64,000 nucleotides of DNA from an uncultured Gammaproteobacteria bacterium (GTDB taxonomy: Bacteria > Patescibacteriota > Patescibacteriia > Magasanikbacterales > UBA922), in contig CAYMVY010000001.1 in assembly GCA_964394405.1 (NCBI GenBank), forward strand, positions 166,546-230,545, given 5' to 3'. Under the pieces are notes generated by a model, which was not told the DNA's origin, did not search any database, and saw nothing but the letters and a program-made list of their open reading frames with translations. Each line of letters opens with the position of its first letter. Within the stretch, counting starts at the first letter, position 1. Positions 9,620 to 18,789 of this stretch are shown one piece after another. The position numbers were made by a program, and so were the translations under genes.

Positions 9620-10204
9620 TCAAGCCTTCTTGCGTTTTTTGATGGTAGTACGAGGTTTTTCCCATTGGATCTCCTTAATACCCTCCTTGAGGTTAAACCA
9701 GCGTGCTAGAGTGAATAAAAAGTCGCTCAGTCGGTTGAGATATTGGACCGCAATGGGACTAAGTAGTGCATTCTCTTTTTTGAGCTCCACTACCCTACGC
9801 TCCGCACGCCGACATATTGCCCGTGCAAAGAAAGCTGCCGTTGCACACTCTCCCCCGCCAGGCAAAATAAACTGAGTAAGTGGCGGGAGCTCATCAGTCA
9901 TCACATCAATCCATTTTTCTAATTTTGTAATATCTGCTTTGATGAGCATGGGAATTTTTACCACAGTTGTCTGAGCTGCAGCGATCATTGAACCAAGAGT
10001 AAATAGATTATGCTGAATTGAGAGTAGTCTATTACGTACTCGCGCATATGATTCATCTTGTGCTTCCTCTACCAATATTCCGATAAAACTATTCAGTTCA
10101 TCCACCTCACCAATCGCATCAATTTCCATACAATCTTTGTCTACTCGAGTCCCGCCAAGAAGCGACGTTTTCCCTGTATCTCCAGTTTTAGTATAAATTT
10201 TCAT
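9620..10204 (-). CDS. ATP:cob(I)alamin adenosyltransferase, PduO type
   Basis: MKIYTKTGDTGKTSL N-terminus and …LSDFLFTLARW C-terminus typical of PduO/MMAB family. Confidence 0.8.
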   Translation of the reverse strand: MKIYTKTGDTGKTSLLGGTRVDKDCMEIDAIGEVDELNSFIGILVEEAQDESYARVRNRLLSIQHNLFTLGSMIAAAQTTVVKIPMLIKADITKLEKWIDVMTDELPPLTQFILPGGGECATAAFFARAICRRAERRVVELKKENALLSPIAVQYLNRLSDFLFTLARWFNLKEGIKEIQWEKPRTTIKKRKKA

Positions 10205-10281
10205 ATGAGTGTATAATCTTGATTTTAGCAGTAGAGCACTATATAGTAATAAAACAGTCTACACAGTATATCACCCTAACT

Positions 10282-10959
10282 ATGGAACACAATATCAGGC
10301 ATTTGGCATTAATTGTAGATGGAAATCGCACCTGGGCAACCCAAAAAGGTTTGCCCAAATTTTTGGGACACACAGAGGGTGTAAAAATGCTCAAACGGAT
10401 AATCAAAGCTGCGTCTAAAAAAAATATTCCCTACCTCACCGCATGGTTGCTTTCAACTGAAAACTTACAAAGAGCAGAAGACGAACTCAAACATTTATTT
10501 TCATTATTCATCACATTTAACGACAAAGAATTAACGGAAAACAATGTACAACTGAGAGCAATAGGCGACCTTTCTCGCGTACCCGAAAACGTTCAAAATA
10601 AAGTGAAAGAATTACAAGAAAAAACAAAAAATAATACAGGCATGGTTCTAAATCTCGCAATTGCGTATGGGGGTCGAGATGAAATCGTTCGTGCTACAAA
10701 AAAAATTATCGAAGCGGGGCTACAACCTGGAGAAATAACCGAAAATACATTTGAAAAATTTCTCGATACCGCAGGAATACCCGAAGTCGATCTAGTCATT
10801 CGTACTGGCGGCCATCAACGCCTCTCAGGATATTTCCCTTGGCAATGCACGTATGCTGAGCTTTATTTCACAGACACTCGATTTCCTGATTTTTCACCAG
10901 AAGAACTAGATAAAGCAATTGAATGGTTTAGTCAGCAAGAAAGAAAGAGAGGGAAATAA
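10282..10959 (+). CDS. uppS: undecaprenyl-diphosphate synthase (cis-isoprenyl transferase)
   Basis: HLALIVDGNRTWA, AYGGRDEI, IRTGG…RLSGYFPWQCTYAELYF motifs; start moved to Met at 10282. Confidence 0.85.
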   Translation: MEHNIRHLALIVDGNRTWATQKGLPKFLGHTEGVKMLKRIIKAASKKNIPYLTAWLLSTENLQRAEDELKHLFSLFITFNDKELTENNVQLRAIGDLSRVPENVQNKVKELQEKTKNNTGMVLNLAIAYGGRDEIVRATKKIIEAGLQPGEITENTFEKFLDTAGIPEVDLVIRTGGHQRLSGYFPWQCTYAELYFTDTRFPDFSPEELDKAIEWFSQQERKRGK

Positions 10960-10978
10960 TTAACACAAACCTTTTACA

Positions 10979-11039
10979 CGTCATTCCCGCGAAAGCGGGA
11001 ATCTAGAGTTTTTAAGATCCCCGTTTTCACGGGGATGAC
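10979..11039. repeat. two-hairpin element (cgtcat-ttcccgcGAAAgcgggaa-…-atccccgttttcacggggat-gac), copy 1
   Basis: Second copy at 42864-42930; first stem differs by a compensatory pair (cgc/gcg vs cac/gtg) with GAAA loop preserved. Confidence 0.6.
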
Positions 11040-11042
11040 AAC

Positions 11043-11068
11043 CAAAAAACCGGCAGGTTGCCGGTTTA
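11043..11068 (+). terminator. terminator-like hairpin aaccggcaggttgccggtt downstream of uppS
   Basis: 8-bp stem, A/T flanks. Confidence 0.5.
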
Positions 11069-11173
11069 ATCATTGGTTACTGACTTTTAGCAATATCAAT
11101 GTTTGTCATTGTACAGTGCTTCTCCACATATCAATTTCTCTACAGTTATCAGCATCTTTAGATTTTAAACACT

Positions 11174-11407
11174 TTAACCTTCGGGAGGAAACGGATCTTT
11201 CTTACCGTACGTATTCTTCTCTCGTATTTTTCCATCTTTGCCATGTAAGATAAGTTCACCGCCACTTTTTTGCAAACGTTTCCTAAATTCCTCAAAAGCT
11301 AAGCCTTGGATATTATAAACCGCAGAAACTCTTTTTGAATGAGGACGTCTTGCAGCCCATCTATCCTTATAAGGAACTATATGAATGCTTTCCATAGTAT
11401 TTATCAA
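11174..11407 (-). CDS. DUF2188-family small protein
   Basis: …ELILHGKDGKIREKNTYGKKDPFPP matches the conserved DUF2188 C-terminal signature. Confidence 0.5.
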   Translation of the reverse strand: MINTMESIHIVPYKDRWAARRPHSKRVSAVYNIQGLAFEEFRKRLQKSGGELILHGKDGKIREKNTYGKKDPFPPEG

Positions 11408-11517
11408 CTTCTAAAACCTTTCGGTTATTTAAAAATAAATGAATCTTAGGACTTACGACGATACTCCATAATTCAATAGAGCTACCAAATATTGGCAGCT
11501 CTATGATCTATTGAGTT

Positions 11518-14500
11518 TTAACTACACCCGAGACTATCTCCACAATTCAGACACTTATAGCACGCACCATTGCGTACCGTGATGTGGCCACAGGTTGGGC
11601 ATGCTGGAGCATCGCCCATCATAGTTCCCAGCGCTGCATCAGACTGATTCACCGGACCACTTATTGCTTCATCCTGAAGCAATTGAGGCTGAGCTTCTAC
11701 CACAGCAGATGCTTTTGCAGGAACTGTTTCAAGAGGCATTGTCTCCTGAAGAGGTTGCGTAATGCGAGCGAGATTCTCAAATTTATTTTTCTGAATTCCC
11801 TTTGGTGGAACCTGGACAAAATCAGTTCGTCCGAGATATTCCATACCCAATACGCGGAATACGAAGTCGATTATTGAAGTACAGTTCTTGATATTTGGAT
11901 GATCAGTAAATCCACTAGGTTCAAATCGGGTGAAGACAAAGTTTTCTACATACTTTTCCAGTGGTACTCCATACTGTAATCCCATAGATACTGAAACCGC
12001 AAACATATTGAGAAGACTTCTGACAGCCGCACCCTCTTTGTACATGTCAATAAATATTTCAGCGAGCTTTCCATCTGGATATTCACCAGTTCGAAGCCAC
12101 ACCTGTTGATTTCCCACTTTTGCAGCGACCGTAATTCCACTTCTCTTTGCTGGCAATCTTCGTTTCTCACCATGGAGATACACACGTCTCTCAGCTACTT
12201 CTCCATCTCTCGTATAGGATTCGAGTGGAGTATGTATGCCCGCGTGCTTACTCAATATCTGACTTGCCTGTTCTAGAGCCGTCGTCATAGGAACTGACTC
12301 TGTTTGTGTGACTGGAGATGGTACTACAGGAGCTTCTGCAACAACTTCTTTTTGTGGTACATCTTCCTTTTTCTCTTCCTTCTTTGAACTAGTTGATGAT
12401 AATGGTTGAGATAATTTGCACCCATCACGATAAATTGCAACTGCTTTTAGTCCCACTCTCCACGATTCTTCGTAGGCATGTTTCACTTCGGCAATAGTCA
12501 CCTCATTTGGCATGTTGATCGTCTTTGAAATTGCACCAGAAAGAAAAGGCTGTACTGCTGCCATCATCTTCACATGACCCATGTAGTGAATAAATCGCTT
12601 TCCTTTCTTTCCATTTTTATTTGCAGTATCAAATACAGGATAATGCTCTTTTTGTAGATGTGGTGCACCTTCAATAGTCATGGTTCCACAGGTATAATCA
12701 TTTGCTTCTTCAATTTCTTTATCAGTGAATCCAAGTGCCTTGAGCATGTTGAATTTAGGATCATTGTATTGTGCTTCACTAAATCCTGCACGCTTCATCG
12801 CTTCTTCGCCAAGTGTCCAGACATTACATGCAAACTTGATATCAAAGGCTCCTTCAAGTGCTTTATTAATTGCGAGAATATCACTATCCACAAATCCTTT
12901 TTTCTTGAGTGTCGCCGCATTGATATGTGGAGCATTCGTAATATCTGCAGTTCCACGCATGTAGTTGAGAATATCTTGCATCTGACTTGGAGTATACCCG
13001 AGCTGTTGCAATGCCATCGGTACTGCATCGTTTACAATGCGGAAATATCCTCCCCCAGCAAGTTTTTTGAATTTTACCAAAGCAAAATCTGGTTCAACTC
13101 CAGTCGTAGCACAGTCCATCAAAAGTCCGATAGTGCCTGTAGGAGCAAGAAGTGTGGTCTGAGCGTTCCGATATCCGTATTTTTCTCCCATTTCTACAGC
13201 TTCATTCCAACTCTCACGCGCTGCAGCAAGAAGATACGCAGGCGCATGTTGCGGATTGATTCCAATCGGTTTTACGACTAATTTTTCATATTCATTGTCT
13301 GGAGCATCAAACGCTGCTCGACGATGATTACGCATCACACGAAGCATGTGTTCACGATTGAGTTCAAATTTGGGGAATGTGCCCAAAAACTTTGCCATCT
13401 CAGCTGATGTCTTGTAACTCTCTGCAGTCATAATTGCAGTCACTGATCCTGCAAATGCATACGCTTCTTCTGATTCGTAGGGAATACTTGAAGTCATGAG
13501 TACTGAACCAATATTTGCATATCCCAGTCCGAGTGTTCGGAAATCAAAACTTCCTTGCGCAATCTCTTTACTTGGGAACTGTGCCATGAGTACGCTAATT
13601 TCAAGTACCACCGTCCACACACGGACACCATGTTTGAATCCATCTACATCAAAAGTGCTCGTATGGGGATCAAAAAAGTGCTTGAGATTAAGTGAGGCAA
13701 GATTACATGCAGTATTGTCGAGGAACATGTATTCAGAACAAGGATTTGATCCATTGATTCTGCCTGATTCTGGACAAGTGTGCCATTCATTAATGGTACC
13801 GTCATACTGAACACCAGGATCAGCACATGCCCATGCAGCAAATGCAATTTTATCCCAGAGATCCCGAGCTTTCAGTGTCTTACATACACTACCATCAGTT
13901 CTCCAGGTCAGATTCCATGATGAGCCATTCTTCACTGCATCCATAAACTTGTGTGGAACACGAACAGAGTTATTTGAATTCTGTCCTGCAATAGTCTGAT
14001 AGGCCTCACCTTCATAGTCAGATGGATACCCTGCAGCAATAAGCGCTGCGACTTTTTGTTCTTCTTTTACTTTCCAGTCAATAAATGTCTCAACATCTGG
14101 ATGATCCAGGTCAACAATTACCATTTTTGCAGCGCGTCTCGTCGTTCCACCAGATTTGATTGCACCAGCCGCGCGGTCGCCAATTTTCAACCAACTCATG
14201 AGTCCACTTGATCTTCCACCACCAGAAAGCGGTTCTCCTGAACCACGAAGATTAGAAAAATTAGTACCAGTTCCTGATCCGTATTTGAAAAGTCGTGCCT
14301 CACGCGTCCAGAGATCCATGATTCCACCCTCTCCGACCAAATCATCTTTTACCGATTGAATAAAGCATGCGTGTGGCTGTGGATGAGAATACGCATCTTT
14401 GGCACGTGTCATGACTCCTGTGTCTGGATCTACATAATAATGTCCTTGTGCCCCACTATTGATGTTATACGCCCAATGCAAGCCCGTATTGAACCACTGT

Positions 14501-14997
14501 GGAGAATTTGGCGCTGCCATCTGACGAAGAAGCATGACCACAAGTTCATCATAAAAAATCTCCGCATCCTTGGGGGTGGCAAAATATCCGTAGCGCTCAC
14601 CCCAATATCTCCAGGTTCCTGCCAATCGATGGATCGTCTGTTTCGCTGAGGTTTCGGGTCCAAGCATGGGAGACCCGTCAGCATTCTTTTTTGGCGAACC
14701 ATCCGCGTTTATCTGAGGAACACCAGTTTTTCGAAAATATTTTTGAGCAATAATATCAGTTGCAACCTGTGACCAGCTCTTTGGAATTTCGATATCTTTC
14801 ATTTCAAATACAACCGTTCCATCTGGTTCTCGGATAATGGAAGTTCGTTTTTCGTATTCAATCAAATCAAATGGACTCTTGCCTTCCTCACTAAATACGC
14901 GTTTAAATCGCAGACCATTTTCATTATAAAAAAATTGAGTATCAGTGCTTTGGCCGAGTTTTAAACCCTGGACAAATTTAGAGTCAGTGGGACCCAT
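11518..14997 (-). CDS. nrdJ: adenosylcobalamin-dependent ribonucleotide reductase, class II
   Basis: 1159 aa; class II active-site block SNPCSEYMFLDNTACNLASLNL and C-terminal CPTCG…CYKCLNCG zinc ribbon; no intein blocks seen. Confidence 0.9.
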   Translation of the reverse strand: MGPTDSKFVQGLKLGQSTDTQFFYNENGLRFKRVFSEEGKSPFDLIEYEKRTSIIREPDGTVVFEMKDIEIPKSWSQVATDIIAQKYFRKTGVPQINADGSPKKNADGSPMLGPETSAKQTIHRLAGTWRYWGERYGYFATPKDAEIFYDELVVMLLRQMAAPNSPQWFNTGLHWAYNINSGAQGHYYVDPDTGVMTRAKDAYSHPQPHACFIQSVKDDLVGEGGIMDLWTREARLFKYGSGTGTNFSNLRGSGEPLSGGGRSSGLMSWLKIGDRAAGAIKSGGTTRRAAKMVIVDLDHPDVETFIDWKVKEEQKVAALIAAGYPSDYEGEAYQTIAGQNSNNSVRVPHKFMDAVKNGSSWNLTWRTDGSVCKTLKARDLWDKIAFAAWACADPGVQYDGTINEWHTCPESGRINGSNPCSEYMFLDNTACNLASLNLKHFFDPHTSTFDVDGFKHGVRVWTVVLEISVLMAQFPSKEIAQGSFDFRTLGLGYANIGSVLMTSSIPYESEEAYAFAGSVTAIMTAESYKTSAEMAKFLGTFPKFELNREHMLRVMRNHRRAAFDAPDNEYEKLVVKPIGINPQHAPAYLLAAARESWNEAVEMGEKYGYRNAQTTLLAPTGTIGLLMDCATTGVEPDFALVKFKKLAGGGYFRIVNDAVPMALQQLGYTPSQMQDILNYMRGTADITNAPHINAATLKKKGFVDSDILAINKALEGAFDIKFACNVWTLGEEAMKRAGFSEAQYNDPKFNMLKALGFTDKEIEEANDYTCGTMTIEGAPHLQKEHYPVFDTANKNGKKGKRFIHYMGHVKMMAAVQPFLSGAISKTINMPNEVTIAEVKHAYEESWRVGLKAVAIYRDGCKLSQPLSSTSSKKEEKKEDVPQKEVVAEAPVVPSPVTQTESVPMTTALEQASQILSKHAGIHTPLESYTRDGEVAERRVYLHGEKRRLPAKRSGITVAAKVGNQQVWLRTGEYPDGKLAEIFIDMYKEGAAVRSLLNMFAVSVSMGLQYGVPLEKYVENFVFTRFEPSGFTDHPNIKNCTSIIDFVFRVLGMEYLGRTDFVQVPPKGIQKNKFENLARITQPLQETMPLETVPAKASAVVEAQPQLLQDEAISGPVNQSDAALGTMMGDAPACPTCGHITVRNGACYKCLNCGDSLGCS

Positions 14998-15321
14998 ACG
15001 ACAGGAAAATTAATAAGGTTGTTAAAATGGTGTCTCGCACAAAAATGTTTCTTTCCCGAGCTCTCGATTCCTGAAAATACTAGAACGAATAGCTTAGGAA
15101 GATGCCCCCTTCATTTTCTACATCTTGTGTCTTAAAATATTTTTGACCACAAGCTGTTGTGTTTTTGTAGCGACAATACACAGTATAGCACAGTTAAAAA
15201 ACATGACCAAGCATGACTATCCCGATAGTACTGACAGGTTATCCACACATGTATAAAAAAATAAAAACACAAAAAAATTTTCGTGTACTAAATCTAAAAA
15301 AATATCCATAAAAATCAGAAT

Positions 15322-15350
15322 CCCCGCACCAGCCTAAAGCCAATGCGGGG
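15322..15350 (-). terminator. terminator for the GC-island gene (ccccgca…tgcgggg then T-rich on minus strand)
   Basis: 7-bp GC stem; minus-strand downstream sequence ttctgattttt. Confidence 0.5.
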
Positions 15351-15427
15351 TAAGTGCCCATAGCCGGGACCAGCATTTTCCAATGATTCATGCGTTACAT
15401 TGGATCGCCATAAGTTTTTGCCACGCA

Positions 15428-15733
15428 TCAGCTTTGTCTCGAAAGCCGATGTTTTCTGCGACACCTCCAGTCTCGAAGATCGAGAATACAAAAGAGGATG
15501 AAGAGGACGGTCCCCTTGGTGCCGAGCACCGCGATGAGAAGCCCGAACCCGATGTTGTCGTCCAGGTACCTTCCGTCCATGGTATGCATGGCCAGACCAA
15601 AGACGGTCAGACCAAACAAAAGTCCGCACACCCACCCGAACCACGAGCCCACAAGCATACGCACTCCTTCTAAACAAAGAACACACCGTAATTGGTAACG
15701 GATGAGAATAACACAAGGGAGGGGTTGTGTCAA
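15428..15733 (-). CDS. small hydrophobic protein encoded in a GC-rich island, hypothetical
   Basis: 101 aa; local GC far above flanks; own terminator; competing ORFs on both strands make frame choice uncertain. Confidence 0.3.
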   Translation of the reverse strand: MTQPLPCVILIRYQLRCVLCLEGVRMLVGSWFGWVCGLLFGLTVFGLAMHTMDGRYLDDNIGFGLLIAVLGTKGTVLFILFCILDLRDWRCRRKHRLSRQS

Positions 15734-15798
15734 TACAAACTCCCCACTTTTGACTTTTTACTTTCGACTTTTAACTTTTTTGTGTACACTATCCTCAT

Positions 15799-16866
15799 AT
15801 GTCTACGCTCCAACCCGAAGAACAAGACTGGTTCACTCAACAAGACGAAACCGAACGAATCGTGCAGCCAGAAACTCTCGAGAATACTCCAGAGGTTGAA
15901 TTTGATGTAACCCTCCGACCACAGTCACTAGGCGACTTTGTGGGCCAAGAACATATCAAGAACCCCCTCTCAATCTCTATCGAAGCTGCAAAAAAACGAG
16001 AAGAGCCACTAGAGCATGTCCTACTCTATGGCAACCCGGGATTAGGAAAAACAACACTTGCAACGATTATTGCCCGCGAGATGAACGTGGATATCAAAGT
16101 GACTGCGGGACCAGCGCTTGAACGCGTAGGCGACCTCGCAGCAATATTATCTAACCTGAAACGAGGTGATGTATTATTTATTGACGAAATTCATCGTATC
16201 AATAAATCTGTCGAAGAAGTCTTATATAGTGCAATGGAAGACTATGCGCTTGATATTATTATTGGAAAAGGTCCCGCAGCGCGTACCCTCCGCATGCCAC
16301 TCGAGCGATTTACATTAATTGGCGCGACAACAAAATTGAATTTACTCTCTCCCCCACTTCGCGACCGATTTGGACATGTGTTCCATCTCAATTTTTATGA
16401 AAATAGTGACATTGCAAAAATAGTTTCGAGAAATGCAAAACTTCTTGAGGTAGAAATAGATGCAGACGCGACCACACTTATTGCAGAGCGATCACGCCGA
16501 ACTCCTCGTGTTGCAAATCGACTACTCAAACGCGTTCGTGATTATGCTGAAGTAAAACACAGTGGTATAATAAACAAAGAGATAGCGGCTTCAGCTCTCG
16601 AAATGCTGAATGTTGATCATTATGGATTAGATGAAGTAGATCGAAAAATTCTGGTATCCATTATTACTCTATTTGAAGGTGGTCCAGTAGGCTTGAACAC
16701 ACTTGCAGCAGCAGTTGCCGAAGAAATGGAAACAATTGAACAAGTGTACGAACCCTACTTGATCCAAATCGGCATGCTCGAGAGAACTCCTCGCGGAAGA
16801 AAAGTCACGATCAAAAGCTACGAACACTTGAAATTAAATATCGTAAACCCAAATAAACTTTTGTAA
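15799..16866 (+). CDS. ruvB: Holliday junction branch-migration ATPase
   Basis: Walker [12 protein letters not shown], sensor motifs, RuvB C-terminal winged helix. Confidence 0.9.
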   Translation: MSTLQPEEQDWFTQQDETERIVQPETLENTPEVEFDVTLRPQSLGDFVGQEHIKNPLSISIEAAKKREEPLEHVLLYGNPGLGKTTLATIIAREMNVDIKVTAGPALERVGDLAAILSNLKRGDVLFIDEIHRINKSVEEVLYSAMEDYALDIIIGKGPAARTLRMPLERFTLIGATTKLNLLSPPLRDRFGHVFHLNFYENSDIAKIVSRNAKLLEVEIDADATTLIAERSRRTPRVANRLLKRVRDYAEVKHSGIINKEIAASALEMLNVDHYGLDEVDRKILVSIITLFEGGPVGLNTLAAAVAEEMETIEQVYEPYLIQIGMLERTPRGRKVTIKSYEHLKLNIVNPNKLL

Positions 16867-16903
16867 TTTAATTTGAGCTTTGACATTTGAATTTTGAACT
16901 TTT

Positions 16904-17146
16904 ATGATCGCCTTCCCTCTCTACATTTTCCTCTTCATTTACCTCGCGTTCTTGTGCATTTTTGTTATATTCTCATGTATCAATGCCTATCACATATTTT
17001 CAGCCGGTGTTTTTACCATCGCTAGTTTTACCATGACAGCAATCGTGACCATACTCACACTCGCTACACTCTATTTTACCTGGCAACATGTCTCAGTAAT
17101 TGATTGGAGACAGCCGTTTATTCTATTTGAAGGTGCAAATTTCTAG
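16904..17146 (+). CDS. small membrane protein, hypothetical (possible YdbS-like partner of the next gene)
   Basis: 80 aa, 2 TM; 4-nt gap to next gene. Confidence 0.35.
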   Translation: MIAFPLYIFLFIYLAFLCIFVIFSCINAYHIFSAGVFTIASFTMTAIVTILTLATLYFTWQHVSVIDWRQPFILFEGANF

Positions 17147-17150
17147 TAGT

Positions 17151-17705
17151 ATGCATATTTCTCATTTTATCAAACAAAAAAATTACGAAAAAATCATTCA
17201 CATACTAAGGCGTCACCCGATAACGTTTGTGCCAACCATACTACTATTTATTACTCTGTTTGCGATTCCGATTGTCTTATACATGATTATCAAAAACGCA
17301 TTTCCTGATTTTGTGTCAGGTACACAGATGTATCCTCTATTTGTCCTAGGAGGAAGTATTTACTACCTCTCGACCTATCTGTTTCTCTACGCGCATTTTA
17401 TTGATTATTATCTTGATATTTGGATAGTTACCAATGACCGTATTATTGATAATGAGCAACACGGACTATTCCACCGCACCACGACTGAGCTTGAATTACA
17501 CAGTATCGAAGATGTCACTTCACAGGTAAGCGGAATCTTGGGTACCGTATTCAAATACGGTGATCTCACGATCAAAACTTCATCAGTCACCACCACAATT
17601 GTATTCCGACAAATCCCACATCCGGAAAAAATCCGTGGTGAACTCATCCGTCTGGCAGATGAAGATCGAAAATACCACGATATCTCAACTACTCCAAAAC
17701 CATGA
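17151..17705 (+). CDS. bacterial PH-domain (bPH_2) membrane protein, YdbT-like
   Basis: N-terminal TM hairpin followed by a PH-like beta region (…VFKYGDLTIKTSSVTTTIVFRQIPHPEKI…); track start 17100 is a TTG, first ATG at 17151. Confidence 0.45.
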   Translation: MHISHFIKQKNYEKIIHILRRHPITFVPTILLFITLFAIPIVLYMIIKNAFPDFVSGTQMYPLFVLGGSIYYLSTYLFLYAHFIDYYLDIWIVTNDRIIDNEQHGLFHRTTTELELHSIEDVTSQVSGILGTVFKYGDLTIKTSSVTTTIVFRQIPHPEKIRGELIRLADEDRKYHDISTTPKP

Positions 17706-18007
17706 TCAATTTTTCAATTTTCAATCCTATCAACCTTCTCTTCACATATCTCATAGTGATTAACCTGATCACTATTTTATTTTTTTCATTTGATAAATCA
17801 CGTTCAAAGACTAATGGGAGAAGAATTTCTGAAAAAACATTATTACTACTTGCCCTGGTTGGCGGCTCACCAGCAGCGATCTATGCAATGAACACATTTC
17901 GCCATAAAACAAAAAAATATTCATTCCAATTACCACTATATCTGATTATATTGTTCCAAATAATTTTAGTATTTTGGATTTTGCATAATTTGAATTTAAA
18001 ATTTTAG
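17702..18007 (+). CDS. DUF1294 membrane protein
   Basis: ISEKTLLLLALVGGSPAAIYAMNTFRHKTKK is the DUF1294 signature. Confidence 0.55.
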   Translation: MINFSIFNPINLLFTYLIVINLITILFFSFDKSRSKTNGRRISEKTLLLLALVGGSPAAIYAMNTFRHKTKKYSFQLPLYLIILFQIILVFWILHNLNLKF

Positions 18008-18017
18008 AGGCACACTT

Positions 18018-18137
18018 GGGGGGGGGGTTCGGGGATGGAAACTGTCCGAGCTACGAATGTAGAATCACTAACAATACTTAAGAAGGCGAGTTTTTTGACC
18101 CCCGTCCCGACTCAGTCGGGATTGGTTACAAAAAGTA
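18018..18137. repeat. structured element copy 2 (same family as 3620-3679) with 55-nt insertion at 18047-18101
   Basis: Shares ggggttcgRgg…aactgtc and cgtcccgactcagtcgggattggttacaaaaagtac with copy 1. Confidence 0.55.
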
Positions 18138-18159
18138 CAAAATATCTCCACTAAAACAA

Positions 18160-18198
18160 AAAGCACCCCGCCCTTCGCGAAGGGCGGGGTGCTTTTTT
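18160..18198. terminator. bidirectional terminator (gcaccccgcccttcgcgaagggcggggtgc + T6)
   Basis: 13-bp stem between convergent genes. Confidence 0.75.
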
Positions 18199-18213
18199 AA
18201 AATCTCTGTAGAC

Positions 18214-18780
18214 TTATTCCTGCGCTCGTCCACCGTACTCACCAGTCTCAGTATTTACGACAATTTCCTCACCGTCAGTGATAAATATAGGCGCCTGAAT
18301 TTTGAGTCCATTATCAAGCTCAATCTCTTTGGTCACGTTTCCACTACTACTATCACCCTTTACAGCAGGAGGTGCAGATTTTACGGTGTAGGTTACTTTC
18401 TTAGGAAGTTGAATCGCAACCACCGCACCTTCATGCAATGAAGCAACTACCTCAAGACCTTCCTTGAGATATGCCGCATCGTCCCCAAGAATATCTTTCG
18501 AAACATCGACAGTTTCATAACTATCTTTATTCATAAAAGAATAAAATTCTCCATTCTGATAGAGAAACTGCAAATTATCGTGGAATACTTCAACCACATC
18601 AACACTTTCTCCGCTTTTGAATGTAAGTTCAGTTCCTTTGGTCCCATCAATAGATTTGAGCTTTGTTTTTACAAATGCTTGCCCCTTTCCAGGGTTTACA
18701 AACTGACATGCTGTCACAACAAAAAGATTGTTATTATGTCGGATGACCGCGCCCTTTTTAATATCTGTTGTATCTGCCAT
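18214..18780 (-). CDS. efp: elongation factor P
   Basis: 188 aa; conserved loop VNPGKGQAFVKTK with the modifiable Lys. Confidence 0.9.
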   Translation of the reverse strand: MADTTDIKKGAVIRHNNNLFVVTACQFVNPGKGQAFVKTKLKSIDGTKGTELTFKSGESVDVVEVFHDNLQFLYQNGEFYSFMNKDSYETVDVSKDILGDDAAYLKEGLEVVASLHEGAVVAIQLPKKVTYTVKSAPPAVKGDSSSGNVTKEIELDNGLKIQAPIFITDGEEIVVNTETGEYGGRAQE

Positions 18781-18789
18781 AGATAATAA

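Noticed and set aside
12658-13281. 207-aa plus-strand ORF (and several 60-100-aa ORFs) inside nrdJ
   Set aside because: These lie antisense to a strongly conserved class II RNR and give a Cys/Phe/Ile-rich nonsense composition.
11518-14997. Intein inside the unusually long NrdJ
   Set aside because: No Hint-domain blocks (C/S…TxxH…HNF/HNC) or homing-endonuclease motifs were seen. The extra length appears spread over N- and C-terminal regions, including the zinc ribbon.
15000-15310. Possible cobalamin riboswitch in the nrdJ leader
   Set aside because: No B12-box core (GCCACTG / rAGYCMGgAgaCC) is visible on either strand. Only short inverted repeats are present. A covariance-model scan would be decisive.
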